DNA of 64,000 nucleotides from the sequence record OR437326.1; one strand, 5' to 3'. The stretch's first letter is position 1; the number at the start of each line of letters is the position of its first letter. This stretch comes from Escherichia phage iGC_PHA_EC001. The notes under the pieces were generated by a model, which saw only the letters and a list, made by a program, of their open reading frames with translations, did not search any database and was not told where the DNA came from. Positions 9,310 through 18,133 of this stretch are shown here, in pieces. Position numbers and translations under genes: made by a program.

Positions 9310-9588
9310 TTATTTCTCCTTTTTAAGTGTAATATTGGTAACTTCTAAATCTACTTCCACCATATTTGTATCTGGTGGGATGCAATGAGTATAGCCTCGT
9401 TGTGCTAGTGATCCATTAATACAAATCGCACTGTTTGTGGAATTTTTAATGAACACCAAGTTACGGTAGGTATCCAACCCTGCGTCTTCATAGGCATCAT
9501 AATACATGAATGTTGCCCCTACGTCAAGATCTTCGAAAGCAATAGGTAAATCTTGACTTTTTTCTTCTTGAATATTGAATCTAAACAC
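9310..9588 (-). CDS. hypothetical protein, small paralog family (copy preceding vWA gene)
   Basis: ORF-track ORF 9310..9654 trimmed to in-frame GTG with RBS gaggagg; paralog of 8019..8288. Confidence 0.5.
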   Translation of the reverse strand: MFRFNIQEEKSQDLPIAFEDLDVGATFMYYDAYEDAGLDTYRNLVFIKNSTNSAICINGSLAQRGYTHCIPPDTNMVEVDLEVTNITLKKEK

Positions 9589-10144
9589 GCATACCTCCTC
9601 TACCAATTTTGAAGCCCAAATCGTAAGCTTCCTTAGTGATCTTTTGTAACTCACTTATAGGAAGTGTTACAAGAGGATCATCTTCTTCAATTTCCATCTT
9701 GTCATCTTCTGTTTCAATGAGAGTATTATGCACTTTGTGATAAGGGTTGTCAACACGTTTAAACTTATTCTTTTCTGTGCTGAAAAAACAATCTGGATCT
9801 TCTTCACCATCACCCCAACCTTGGTTAGGATCTCCGTCAGATTGTTCTGTAGGGATTTCACCTGTAAAGTACTCTTCCAGCACCATAGCGATACCGTCCC
9901 TTGGATTTGAGGAATGCATCAAATCACAAACCTTACTCCAATCCATAGCCCATTCAAATCGTTCACGAACGCCGTTTTCATCCTCCTTTCCAGAGAAAAC
10001 ACAACCATAACTATCATAGTTGCCATACATCTCTTCAATAACAACACCGTCCTTCAAAAGAAAAAGATAACAAGGTGATCCGTCGAAAGAAGTAGAAAGG
10101 GCAGCTTTGCCCGATTCTTTGCACAAAAAGCTAAAACAACCCAT
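9581..10144 (-). CDS. hypothetical protein (187 aa), acidic
   Basis: ORF in operon. Confidence 0.5.
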   Translation of the reverse strand: MGCFSFLCKESGKAALSTSFDGSPCYLFLLKDGVVIEEMYGNYDSYGCVFSGKEDENGVRERFEWAMDWSKVCDLMHSSNPRDGIAMVLEEYFTGEIPTEQSDGDPNQGWGDGEEDPDCFFSTEKNKFKRVDNPYHKVHNTLIETEDDKMEIEEDDPLVTLPISELQKITKEAYDLGFKIGRGGMRV

Positions 10145-10347
10145 TACAAACCCTCCTTCAGATTATCAAGAGCTATAGTGGTTTCACAAGAGTCTCCATA
10201 AGTTTTATGATGTTCCAGAAAAGCTTCGGGTCCACCCCAGTCATTATCTTGCGTATTCCAGCCATCAATAAAAGCATCTTCAATGATTGTGATCAGTTCT
10301 TGTCGGGTTAACTGGATAATATTAGGATCGTTATCGTAGTTAAACAT
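10144..10347 (-). CDS. hypothetical protein (67 aa)
   Basis: ORF in operon, start overlaps upstream stop. Confidence 0.45.
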   Translation of the reverse strand: MFNYDNDPNIIQLTRQELITIIEDAFIDGWNTQDNDWGGPEAFLEHHKTYGDSCETTIALDNLKEGL

Positions 10348-10513
10348 CTTCTTCCTCCTCTAAAATATGGAACCCGTAATTACAATAATCCTGAAAGGTT
10401 TCGTGCGCAAGATCTTCTATATCCTCTTGAGACATATCATCTTCAATTTCGATATCCACAACCTCATTGCATCCACACCAAGCAGTTTCAATATTCACTC
10501 GTAATATTTTCAT
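10340..10513 (-). CDS. hypothetical small protein (57 aa)
   Basis: Own translation MKILRVNIETAWCGCNEVVD..; TAATG coupling to upstream gene and ATG overlap with downstream gene. Confidence 0.4.
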   Translation of the reverse strand: MKILRVNIETAWCGCNEVVDIEIEDDMSQEDIEDLAHETFQDYCNYGFHILEEEEDV

Positions 10514-10713
10514 TACTCCTCCTCCTCCTCATTGAAGTCAATATCTGCAATGAGTTCGAATTTACGGAAGTTACGACAACCTTCATAAATATAACAATCA
10601 CGACAAACTGCTAGAACACTTGGGGGATATATACCTCCCATCGGTGCGAATCGTTTTTCGTCATCATAACGGACACCAATGTCTTCATCAATTATATAGA
10701 TACGGATTCTCAT
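10513..10713 (-). CDS. hypothetical protein (66 aa)
   Basis: ORF in operon. Confidence 0.45.
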   Translation of the reverse strand: MRIRIYIIDEDIGVRYDDEKRFAPMGGIYPPSVLAVCRDCYIYEGCRNFRKFELIADIDFNEEEEE

Positions 10714-11822
10714 TTACCAAGCCCTCGTTTCACAGCAGCTACCATCCCGTCTTCCAGAGATTGAACTTCATTAATATAATCAACACGAGCAGCACGGGCT
10801 TCCGTATTGATGCGGTTAGTTTCTTCCAACATCTTAACCAAGTTTTCCTGATCGTGACGCAGAGTTTCAATATCCAACACTTGACGGTTAGCCAGTGCTG
10901 CTGCTTCGATCTGATTCTGTGTGGCAAGATCGCTACCCAGTTTAATTGCTAGGTTAAATTCATCAAGAACGTTATTCTGCGTCTCTGCTGCTTTCATTTG
11001 ACGTAAGCTCTCGATATACATTGAGAAGTTAGCAGAGTAAGCAGGAATAACATTATTTACTATGTTACGCGCAGATCGCATTAAGCTTGCAGAAACTTTT
11101 TGCATACCTTGTACACGCGGTCCCATTTGGACACACAGTAGGCGCAATGCTTTTAAATCTGCAATACGAATCTCCAGAAGATCCAAAGTATCTCGGATCA
11201 CTTGTCGCTGTTCTACTGCATCTTCTGGAAGAGCAGCCAAAGCTTGTTCTTCTTTTTCATAGGTTGCTGTTAGAAGCTGCATATCTCGGTTCAAACTTGC
11301 AGCATATTGTCCAATAGCTTGATGTAGCTTTTCAAGATATACCAAGGAATCTTCTTCTTTGCGAATATCCATTTGAAGGTTCTTTACCAACTCTTCAATA
11401 CGGTTATTAACATTATCAAACTCCCCAAACAGGTCTTCTTTCATACCCATAACTTTTTTAATGAGTTTAGTAATACCCTTGCTTTGTTTAATAGAGTTTG
11501 GATCAAGTTGTTTTGCCTGTTTAATCAAAGCTGTGAGTCGTTCACTCATCTGATCGCCTTGATTACTACGTTGATGTTTTAATACCTCGGCATTCAAGGA
11601 GCGCAAGGTTGTTCCTGCCTCTGCCCCAATCTCTTCGATCTCTTGTCGGGTCATAGAAGGCAAAACTGGAACTTCTTGCGGTGCCGCTGGTGCATAAACA
11701 GGACTGGCATCTAACACGCTTGGAGCGAATACAGATTTACTTGCATCTGTTGTTGCAGCAAATACGCTCATTTCAGGCTTCTTCTGACCACCAGTAGCTG
11801 CTTTTAAAAATGGACTTGTCAT
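10710..11822 (-). CDS. TelA-like toxic anion resistance family protein
   Basis: About 370 aa coiled-coil protein; N-terminal region (..KHQRSNQGDQMSERLTALIKQAKQLDPN) matches my recollection of the TelA N-terminal signature (D.GE....LT.L....K...P); size and architecture fit the TelA/KlaA family. Confidence 0.6.
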   Translation of the reverse strand: MTSPFLKAATGGQKKPEMSVFAATTDASKSVFAPSVLDASPVYAPAAPQEVPVLPSMTRQEIEEIGAEAGTTLRSLNAEVLKHQRSNQGDQMSERLTALIKQAKQLDPNSIKQSKGITKLIKKVMGMKEDLFGEFDNVNNRIEELVKNLQMDIRKEEDSLVYLEKLHQAIGQYAASLNRDMQLLTATYEKEEQALAALPEDAVEQRQVIRDTLDLLEIRIADLKALRLLCVQMGPRVQGMQKVSASLMRSARNIVNNVIPAYSANFSMYIESLRQMKAAETQNNVLDEFNLAIKLGSDLATQNQIEAAALANRQVLDIETLRHDQENLVKMLEETNRINTEARAARVDYINEVQSLEDGMVAAVKRGLGK

Positions 11823-12409
11823 TCTTCATTCTCCTCTTCTGCATCTCTTATATATGGTGAAACACCGTACTCTTTAGCTACTTTAACCCAATCGTCCCAT
11901 TTATACAACCATAATTTTCCTTCGGTCCCTTCTTTATCTGATTTCAACCACATATTAGGTTGCTTACCTGGGTACATGCGATTAGGTTTACGATTATAAC
12001 CTCTAACACATCTTGTCGCAAACCTATCTACCAGAACAAGAACATATTTATACTCGTGGTTCAACGGCTCTTTGGAAGTGGCTTTAGGATTAGCCCCTAA
12101 TTCTGCTGCCAGTTTTTGCCAATGAGCACCGTGCCTACTAAACTTACCCATACAACCATCAATAGCATGAGCAATTTCGTGCTTCATTGTATCCACGATC
12201 ATATCTCTTGTGGAGTTCTTATGCAAGTGCCAATTTACAACAACAATTTTATCTCGGTAGTTGCACCAACCGAAAGAGTTATTCACTTTGTTTCTAACAC
12301 AAGCTTTATATCCTGCTTCACGTAACATGTTGTAGTAAACAGGAAAATCTTCTTTTATTTCCTGCATCACTTCCCACCACAAGAGTTGCAAGTCTCTCTC
12401 GGTATGCAT
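11819..12409 (-). CDS. SprT-like zinc metalloprotease domain protein
   Basis: HEIAHAIDG (HExxH) within a SprT-like context (TMKHEIAHA..G..SRHGAHW). Confidence 0.6.
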   Translation of the reverse strand: MHTERDLQLLWWEVMQEIKEDFPVYYNMLREAGYKACVRNKVNNSFGWCNYRDKIVVVNWHLHKNSTRDMIVDTMKHEIAHAIDGCMGKFSRHGAHWQKLAAELGANPKATSKEPLNHEYKYVLVLVDRFATRCVRGYNRKPNRMYPGKQPNMWLKSDKEGTEGKLWLYKWDDWVKVAKEYGVSPYIRDAEEENEE

Positions 12410-12412
12410 AAC

Positions 12413-13006
12413 TTACACCTTAAAAGCGAAATGCGTGGTCGTGGCTTCAAAATCAGGGCCAGATAAACTTGCACTGAAATCTGAAATATTTGTAATTAAA
12501 AAGCTTTTATGCATACCTAACACAGCCACGCTTTCAATATCTTCTACTAACATTTCAATCATGTTAGAAACATGGCTGAACGTATAGTTTTGTTTTTTGA
12601 TGGTGTAGAAAGAAAGACTCCCACCTGCTGTATAAGATACCTCTTCAAAATCTTTAATCGTATATTGTGTGCCATCAGTAAAGAAAATGGTAGCTTTATT
12701 AGTAGCACGTTTCTTGTTTTTTGGTCCTTTTTTACGTTTACTGCGAGTAGGCAAACCGTTTGGAAATACTGTAGCTACAAATTCTTCAGGAGAAACCTCC
12801 TTACCGAAATCATAACCGTAAGAAACAGCGTCTATAAACTCGTCGTCTTCATTTTTAAAATAATGGAAATAGGGCCAATTTGAGAGATTATCGAGCATCT
12901 TATGCTCATCCACAGCAGAGAACGTATCCCTCAAAGCGCGTGTGATTTGCAAAGCATTAGGCAAACTTTTAACACCTGTAATGGAAGTACGAATAGAAAT
13001 TGTCAT
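12413..13006 (-). CDS. hypothetical protein (197 aa)
   Basis: ORF in operon. Confidence 0.5.
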   Translation of the reverse strand: MTISIRTSITGVKSLPNALQITRALRDTFSAVDEHKMLDNLSNWPYFHYFKNEDDEFIDAVSYGYDFGKEVSPEEFVATVFPNGLPTRSKRKKGPKNKKRATNKATIFFTDGTQYTIKDFEEVSYTAGGSLSFYTIKKQNYTFSHVSNMIEMLVEDIESVAVLGMHKSFLITNISDFSASLSGPDFEATTTHFAFKV

Positions 13007-13020
13007 TGTTTTTCTCCTTA

Positions 13021-13458
13021 TTAACGTCGCTTGCTACGAGATGAACTCTTTTTACTTAAAGGGCTATTGTAAGATTTGCGAGTTGTATAGCTACTATTTG
13101 TTTTAAAAGTTTGTCTCGGCTTTTCATAAGTTTTTATCTCTTGTTTAGGCTTACCATAAAAATTAGTTTTCGGTTTAGGTGTATTATAATGCTTATTAAT
13201 AATCGTTCTGTTATCGTTATAATCCCCACTGTTACGATTACTACCACCACTCATCATATGCCCTAACAACATACCTGTAGCAAACTCACCAACACCGCTA
13301 CTACTAGAACCGCCACCATTGTTGATAATAGTTGTATCTCCGTCAGATCCTTGTTGAGCGTATTGTTGAGGAGGTTGTTGGTATTGTGCAGGATTTGTTT
13401 CATCCTCGCAAGCTGTTAAAAAGATACAACCAATTAAAATCAGGGCTAGTTTTTTCAT
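13021..13458 (-). CDS. putative lipoprotein, Gly/Ser-rich with basic C-terminus
   Basis: ORF-track ORF trimmed to Met26: MKKLALILIGCIFLTAC = signal peptide plus lipobox (LTAC); RBS gaggaaag upstream. Confidence 0.55.
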   Translation of the reverse strand: MKKLALILIGCIFLTACEDETNPAQYQQPPQQYAQQGSDGDTTIINNGGGSSSSGVGEFATGMLLGHMMSGGSNRNSGDYNDNRTIINKHYNTPKPKTNFYGKPKQEIKTYEKPRQTFKTNSSYTTRKSYNSPLSKKSSSRSKRR

Positions 13459-13645
13459 ATTTGCTTTCCTCATTTTGACTATTAATACATCTGTGTTTGA
13501 AATCTCCAGAGAAGCAATAAAGTTGCTCTCCATCTCGGTATAAACTCACTTTACTGCCGTTGATTACGCTTGTCAATACAAAAATTACAACAAACAACCC
13601 TATTGCAAAACAAATATTTTCAAACACAATCAACAAGTATTTCAT
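13400..13645 (-). CDS. possible small membrane protein (overlaps lipoprotein gene start)
   Basis: Hydrophobic N-terminus; overlap makes it doubtful. Confidence 0.25.
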   Translation of the reverse strand: MKYLLIVFENICFAIGLFVVIFVLTSVINGSKVSLYRDGEQLYCFSGDFKHRCINSQNEESKYEKTSPDFNWLYLFNSLRG

Positions 13646-13992
13646 TTTAAAAATACCTCATCATCAGTTTCATTATCCCAGAAGAACAAATCCCAACCAT
13701 TCGGATCATTCCATTTGGCTGCTGGAGAAGTCCATATTTGTTCGATATCAATATTCAAAACTTCACCGTTTCGTTTTGAAACAGCTTTAGTTAATTCCCA
13801 ACGAGATACAGGCTCTACTTCCCCTGAACCACTCCCACAACAAGCTACCACGTTAGGAGGCAAATTAATTGGATCTTTGGTCACGATCATAACGCTTACC
13901 CCAGGGTAAACTTTTGAAAGATAATCTAAAACGTAATCCACATCACCAGATAAATCCCAAACAAGTTCTTGAATTTCATCAAAATTATTCAT
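13642..13992 (-). CDS. hypothetical protein (116 aa)
   Basis: ORF-track ORF. Confidence 0.5.
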   Translation of the reverse strand: MNNFDEIQELVWDLSGDVDYVLDYLSKVYPGVSVMIVTKDPINLPPNVVACCGSGSGEVEPVSRWELTKAVSKRNGEVLNIDIEQIWTSPAAKWNDPNGWDLFFWDNETDDEVFLK

Positions 13993-14008
13993 AAGTCTCT
14001 CCTATAAA

Positions 14009-14026
14009 ATAGCCTCCCGAAGGAGG
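14009..14026 (-). terminator. hairpin terminator after the TerC gene
   Basis: agcctcc-cgaa-ggaggct hairpin, T-rich on minus strand. Confidence 0.5.
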
Positions 14027-14034
14027 CTCATCTA

Positions 14035-15009
14035 TTAAACAGCAGCTTCTTCTTTTTCAGGGAAGATAAAGCTTGCAATAACACCAAGAGCTAATGTGCC
14101 TAGAACAATCATCAGACTTACGTTAGGGGAAATATCATGCGGGAGGAATGACCACTTGGCATGAAGTGTTTCACCGAACGGGTGATACATAAGTTTAGCA
14201 CCGACAAATACCAGAACCACAGCAACAGCTTTCTCTAAGTGAACCAGATATTTCACAGCCACACTTAACACAAAGAAAAGTGCACGTAAACCAAGAACAG
14301 CCATCAGCATTGCAGAATAAACTAGCAGAGGTTCTTGTGTCACACCGATCACAGCCGGAACTGAATCAAAAGAGAAGACAATATCTGTAAGCTCAATAAC
14401 AAACACACAAAGAAGAGCAGGAGTTGCATATTTAATACCATTCTTAATGGTGATGAACTTTTCACCATCCAGTGCATTGTGCACAGGCAGAACTTTACCT
14501 ACTAAACGAACAGCCCAATGCTTAGAGTAATCAATATCCTCTTCTTCGTCACCACCTTTGATGATAGCCACGGCAGACCAAGCTACAATCAAACCGAACA
14601 ACACTTGGACCGACCAATGAAGGTTAAACAAAGCGGTCCCTGCTGCAACAAAAATACCTCGGAAGACAATGGCTCCTGCAATTCCCCAAAGTAAAATCTT
14701 ATGTTGGAGATGTGTGCTCTTAATTCCAAAGCTTGCAAAAATTGCCATGAACACCATCAGGTTATCTACAGAAAGACTCTTTTCCAACACATAGCCACTT
14801 AGGAAAAGCGCGGCAAACTCTTTACCATGTTCTACCCAAATGAATGCGTAATATCCTAAAGCTAAAGCAATCCAAAAAACAGACCAAAGCAAAGCAGATT
14901 TAATTCCAATTTCTTTATTCTCTTTATGACCAAAGAAATCAATACCAATAGACAATGCTAAAATACCAACTAAAACAACTACATCAATAATGGGGAAACC
15001 GAGTTGCAT
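14035..15009 (-). CDS. TerC-family integral membrane protein
   Basis: Multi-pass hydrophobic protein with the family signature EKSLSVDN. Confidence 0.8.
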   Translation of the reverse strand: MQLGFPIIDVVVLVGILALSIGIDFFGHKENKEIGIKSALLWSVFWIALALGYYAFIWVEHGKEFAALFLSGYVLEKSLSVDNLMVFMAIFASFGIKSTHLQHKILLWGIAGAIVFRGIFVAAGTALFNLHWSVQVLFGLIVAWSAVAIIKGGDEEEDIDYSKHWAVRLVGKVLPVHNALDGEKFITIKNGIKYATPALLCVFVIELTDIVFSFDSVPAVIGVTQEPLLVYSAMLMAVLGLRALFFVLSVAVKYLVHLEKAVAVVLVFVGAKLMYHPFGETLHAKWSFLPHDISPNVSLMIVLGTLALGVIASFIFPEKEEAAV

Positions 15010-15026
15010 TCTTTTCTCCTCTCTTT

Positions 15027-15085
15027 GCGGGGAACTATTCCCCGCTTCATGTGATATATCTTACTCTTTTTAAGAACTATGTCAA
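15027..15085 (-). promoter_or_regulatory. early-type promoter plus 5-prime stem-loop cassette (minus-strand copy) driving TerC gene
   Basis: Minus strand: ttgaca-N16-taagat, then gcggggaatagttccccgc hairpin, RBS agagaggag, ATG; same architecture as the 18 plus-strand cassettes. Confidence 0.6.
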
Positions 15086-15088
15086 CAC

Positions 15089-15310
15089 TTATTTTGTTGA
15101 ATGAGAGGAAAAGATTCCTCGTAATACAGCCAGAATAAACGAAACACAAACCACGGTCCAGAAGGTTACTGGGACAGTGATATCTGCATGACCCATAACT
15201 TCAGCAACATAGTTGTAAGCCAGCAACAGTAACCAAGCTGGAATCAAACTAAGCATAAAAGCAATAACAAAAAAGCTTACCACTGCAACAATACCTGCAA
15301 AAACACCCAT
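15089..15310 (-). CDS. small hydrophobic membrane protein (73 aa)
   Basis: Two predicted TM helices. Confidence 0.45.
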   Translation of the reverse strand: MGVFAGIVAVVSFFVIAFMLSLIPAWLLLLAYNYVAEVMGHADITVPVTFWTVVCVSFILAVLRGIFSSHSTK

Positions 15311-15322
15311 ACTAATCTCCTC

Positions 15323-15796
15323 TTAAAGTTTATAAATAGTCACATCGTGACCTGTTTTTACTAAAGTTTCTTCAATCATCACTTGGATGATAGCCCAATT
15401 ACCTCCAGCATATCCAGCGCCAATCATAGGTAAGCCGATCTTACATTTTTGGTCACGGAGAAGCAAATCATTAGCCATAGCTATTAGTGCATCATAAAGT
15501 GCATCATAGTCCAACTGACGACCTTTAGCATTGTATCCGTAACGGTATTGCCCGTATAGATTATATACCAAAGGGTCTGATTGTTCGTCTGGCACCCCTA
15601 AACTAAAACAACCTAGTTTACTTTGATCACCAGCCATTGTGTCTAAGTCTGCTGCATATGCGTAAGGAAATGCTCGTTTGATTTGTGGGGCAATACCTGC
15701 CCCCATATTACACATACAATTGCAACAATGAGCAATAACAGTTACTTCACCTGCTTTAGCGGCATCAATAAGATTACCTGTTTTAATTTTAAGCAT
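15323..15796 (-). CDS. macro domain (ADP-ribose binding/processing) protein
   Basis: Trimmed to Met36 with RBS aaggag; VIAHCCNCMCNMGAGIA and IGLPMIGAGYAGG resemble macro-domain motifs. Confidence 0.55.
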   Translation of the reverse strand: MLKIKTGNLIDAAKAGEVTVIAHCCNCMCNMGAGIAPQIKRAFPYAYAADLDTMAGDQSKLGCFSLGVPDEQSDPLVYNLYGQYRYGYNAKGRQLDYDALYDALIAMANDLLLRDQKCKIGLPMIGAGYAGGNWAIIQVMIEETLVKTGHDVTIYKL

Positions 15797-15809
15797 TTTT
15801 AGCTCCTTA

Positions 15810-16637
15810 TTACAGAATGTGTTGTTTTGTGTAACGATCCAAGAATTCAAAGTTTTCAGCATACTTTGAAATTCGGTTGTAACCTTCTCCCAAGCATCCA
15901 AAGAAAAGTTGCTCTACATAGTAATGTGGCAATTGGCTAAGAATGATTTTGAAGTCTTCATGATTTTGGCCCATAAGATACTTAATAGGACGAACAAGAC
16001 ACTGTGCATCACGTTCTTCATTAATCATTTTAACAAACGCTTCTGGTGTATTAATGTAGTTAAAATTCAGTTTAGCTTCGGTATCTGCTTGATTACCTTC
16101 GTATTTTGCAAAATACAGGAAGTAAACATCATTTTTAACTTGATTTTCATCAAGGATCTCAATCAGTTTGTCTTCATGCGTTCCAGTGATATTTACATCA
16201 TCAATGAATACAAGCTTCTTATCACCCCAGAATTCTTTGTTGCAGTAGAATGTATCCCCATCAATAAGTTTCTTACGACTAGCTTTATCCAAGAAACCAT
16301 AATCGTTGATATAGCTAACTTTACGATGAATAATGTCCAGTTCTGCTGAACGACCTTGATCATATTGTGATTGCAACATATTAAAGTAATTAATAAAATG
16401 ATCTGTCATCATTGTTGCAGCATTATGCACATGGTTATAAGGAGAAGGAATGATAACAAATTGTTCCCCAATATGTTTCATTGCCACTTGAGCAAAAAAC
16501 TGAAGTGCCAATTCTTTACCCATACGACGCGCAGCTTGGTTACTACCAAATTTCAATTTTGAATAATCTTGGATATCAAAAGTAGCAGTTTCCAGGTCAT
16601 CAAATTTATTTGCAAAAATTTGAGTTTGATTACGCAT
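15810..16637 (-). CDS. phosphoribosyltransferase (type I PRTase fold) domain protein
   Basis: PRPP-binding motif KKLVFIDDVNITGTH. Confidence 0.6.
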   Translation of the reverse strand: MRNQTQIFANKFDDLETATFDIQDYSKLKFGSNQAARRMGKELALQFFAQVAMKHIGEQFVIIPSPYNHVHNAATMMTDHFINYFNMLQSQYDQGRSAELDIIHRKVSYINDYGFLDKASRKKLIDGDTFYCNKEFWGDKKLVFIDDVNITGTHEDKLIEILDENQVKNDVYFLYFAKYEGNQADTEAKLNFNYINTPEAFVKMINEERDAQCLVRPIKYLMGQNHEDFKIILSQLPHYYVEQLFFGCLGEGYNRISKYAENFEFLDRYTKQHIL

Positions 16638-17286
16638 TTACAATTTCTCCTCTTTTAAGTTTCTCTAGTAAGTCGTTAGGGTTCTTAATATGACAGAAGT
16701 TAAATCCTAAGTCAACACATTTTCCATCATATTCTTCACTATCGCCTACGTGCAACACTTCGTGCCCTAACAGAGGGATCGGAGAATACGTGAGCGTGCG
16801 AGCAAAGAATCGCGGATCTGGTTTACAAAGTAAAGCTTCATCCGAGAAATGGGTGAACTCAAAACAATTCCAACTATCAAACTTACAAGCACGACGCAGG
16901 ATATCCCCTGATATGAAGTTGGTATTGCTCTTAATACTCAAATCATAACGCCCCGAAAGATACAGCAAGTACATCGGCAGATCCACGGCTACGTGTGGTG
17001 GAAACTTAAGGAACCACTGTTCACACTCGAAACGAAGCTTTGCAGACTTCCAAGGCGTTATCCCAAGTTCAGAACCAAGTCTTTCCCAGGCATATGCTGC
17101 ACACTCGGCTTTGCCTTGAAGTGCTGCATTATCCAGTTCCTTTTTGATCTTTTTATAAGCTGCTCTTGCTTCCACTTCCGTAATATCTCCATATTTTGCG
17201 ATAGTCCAGGCTCGCATGTCTGCATAATTGGAGTTTGCTGTGATCAGTGTGTTCCATACATCAAAAGAGATATGTTTAATAGTCAT
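16630..17286 (-). CDS. HAD-superfamily hydrolase (subfamily IA-like)
   Basis: Motif I FDVWNTL, motif III-like KPDPRFF, motif IV HVGDS. Confidence 0.6.
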   Translation of the reverse strand: MTIKHISFDVWNTLITANSNYADMRAWTIAKYGDITEVEARAAYKKIKKELDNAALQGKAECAAYAWERLGSELGITPWKSAKLRFECEQWFLKFPPHVAVDLPMYLLYLSGRYDLSIKSNTNFISGDILRRACKFDSWNCFEFTHFSDEALLCKPDPRFFARTLTYSPIPLLGHEVLHVGDSEEYDGKCVDLGFNFCHIKNPNDLLEKLKRGEIVNA

Positions 17287-17287
17287 A

Positions 17288-17893
17288 TTAAGCCCACCAT
17301 GCGTCTAAGTTAAGATTACTGTCCACTACCACTTGTTCTATGTGGTAGCCTTTTATCTGTATCCCACTGTTCAAGAGCATATCATACGCTTCATTGAAAC
17401 GCAACTTATCTTCTGCGGAATATAAGCGAGCATTATAAAATCGGTAATCAACTTCTTCAGCATTAGAAGAAATACGGAAGAAGTTTGTTTCTACTTCGGG
17501 ATCACTTGCTGAAGTCTTAATGTGAACTTCTCCGTAATTTTCTTTACTTAGATCCATGAAAAGAACACAGGCAACATGTTTAAACATTCGTTCCAGTTTG
17601 TAACGAACAACATTGAAACCTGCATTCTCAAGTTTTTCTACACACTGCAACATTAAAGTAGTGTCGAGATCGCTTTGATACTTTGTTAACATACGATCAC
17701 GTTGAGACTTTGTATCCCGATGTAAATCAATTGTTGTGCATTTGGCACCAATAATCTTAGCTGCTTTCATCAACTCTTCAGAACTAACGTTAGATAAAGT
17801 AAGATGAAAATGGGCTTTCCACACTTTTTTAGCAGGGACACCAAAAGATTTATCCCCACTATTCGGCATGTTGACTACTACACTATGTTGCAT
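17288..17893 (-). CDS. hypothetical protein (201 aa)
   Basis: One HxTx motif (HLTL) reminiscent of 2H phosphoesterases but the second motif is not evident; unassigned. Confidence 0.45.
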   Translation of the reverse strand: MQHSVVVNMPNSGDKSFGVPAKKVWKAHFHLTLSNVSSEELMKAAKIIGAKCTTIDLHRDTKSQRDRMLTKYQSDLDTTLMLQCVEKLENAGFNVVRYKLERMFKHVACVLFMDLSKENYGEVHIKTSASDPEVETNFFRISSNAEEVDYRFYNARLYSAEDKLRFNEAYDMLLNSGIQIKGYHIEQVVVDSNLNLDAWWA

Positions 17894-17908
17894 TACTTAT
17901 CTCCTCAC

Positions 17909-18133
17909 TTAAAATGGAAGTCTTTGAAGTTCATCTCCTCCGATATCAAGTAATTTAGCAACATCTCGATCAGAAAGCAACTCTTTTCTTTGTAAAATAT
18001 CCACAAGGGTTGCAAGAATGTCCTTAACGTCCCGATCACTGTTCTTCAAAAGTTCTCCTGCCGTCCCTACTCTATCTCCTACAGCAAAATATGTAACCAT
18101 GAAACCTCCTAAGTTAATCTGATTGCCAACCAC
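17909..18133 (-). CDS. hypothetical protein (74 aa)
   Basis: ORF between HAD cluster and nrdG. Confidence 0.4.
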   Translation of the reverse strand: MVGNQINLGGFMVTYFAVGDRVGTAGELLKNSDRDVKDILATLVDILQRKELLSDRDVAKLLDIGGDELQRLPF

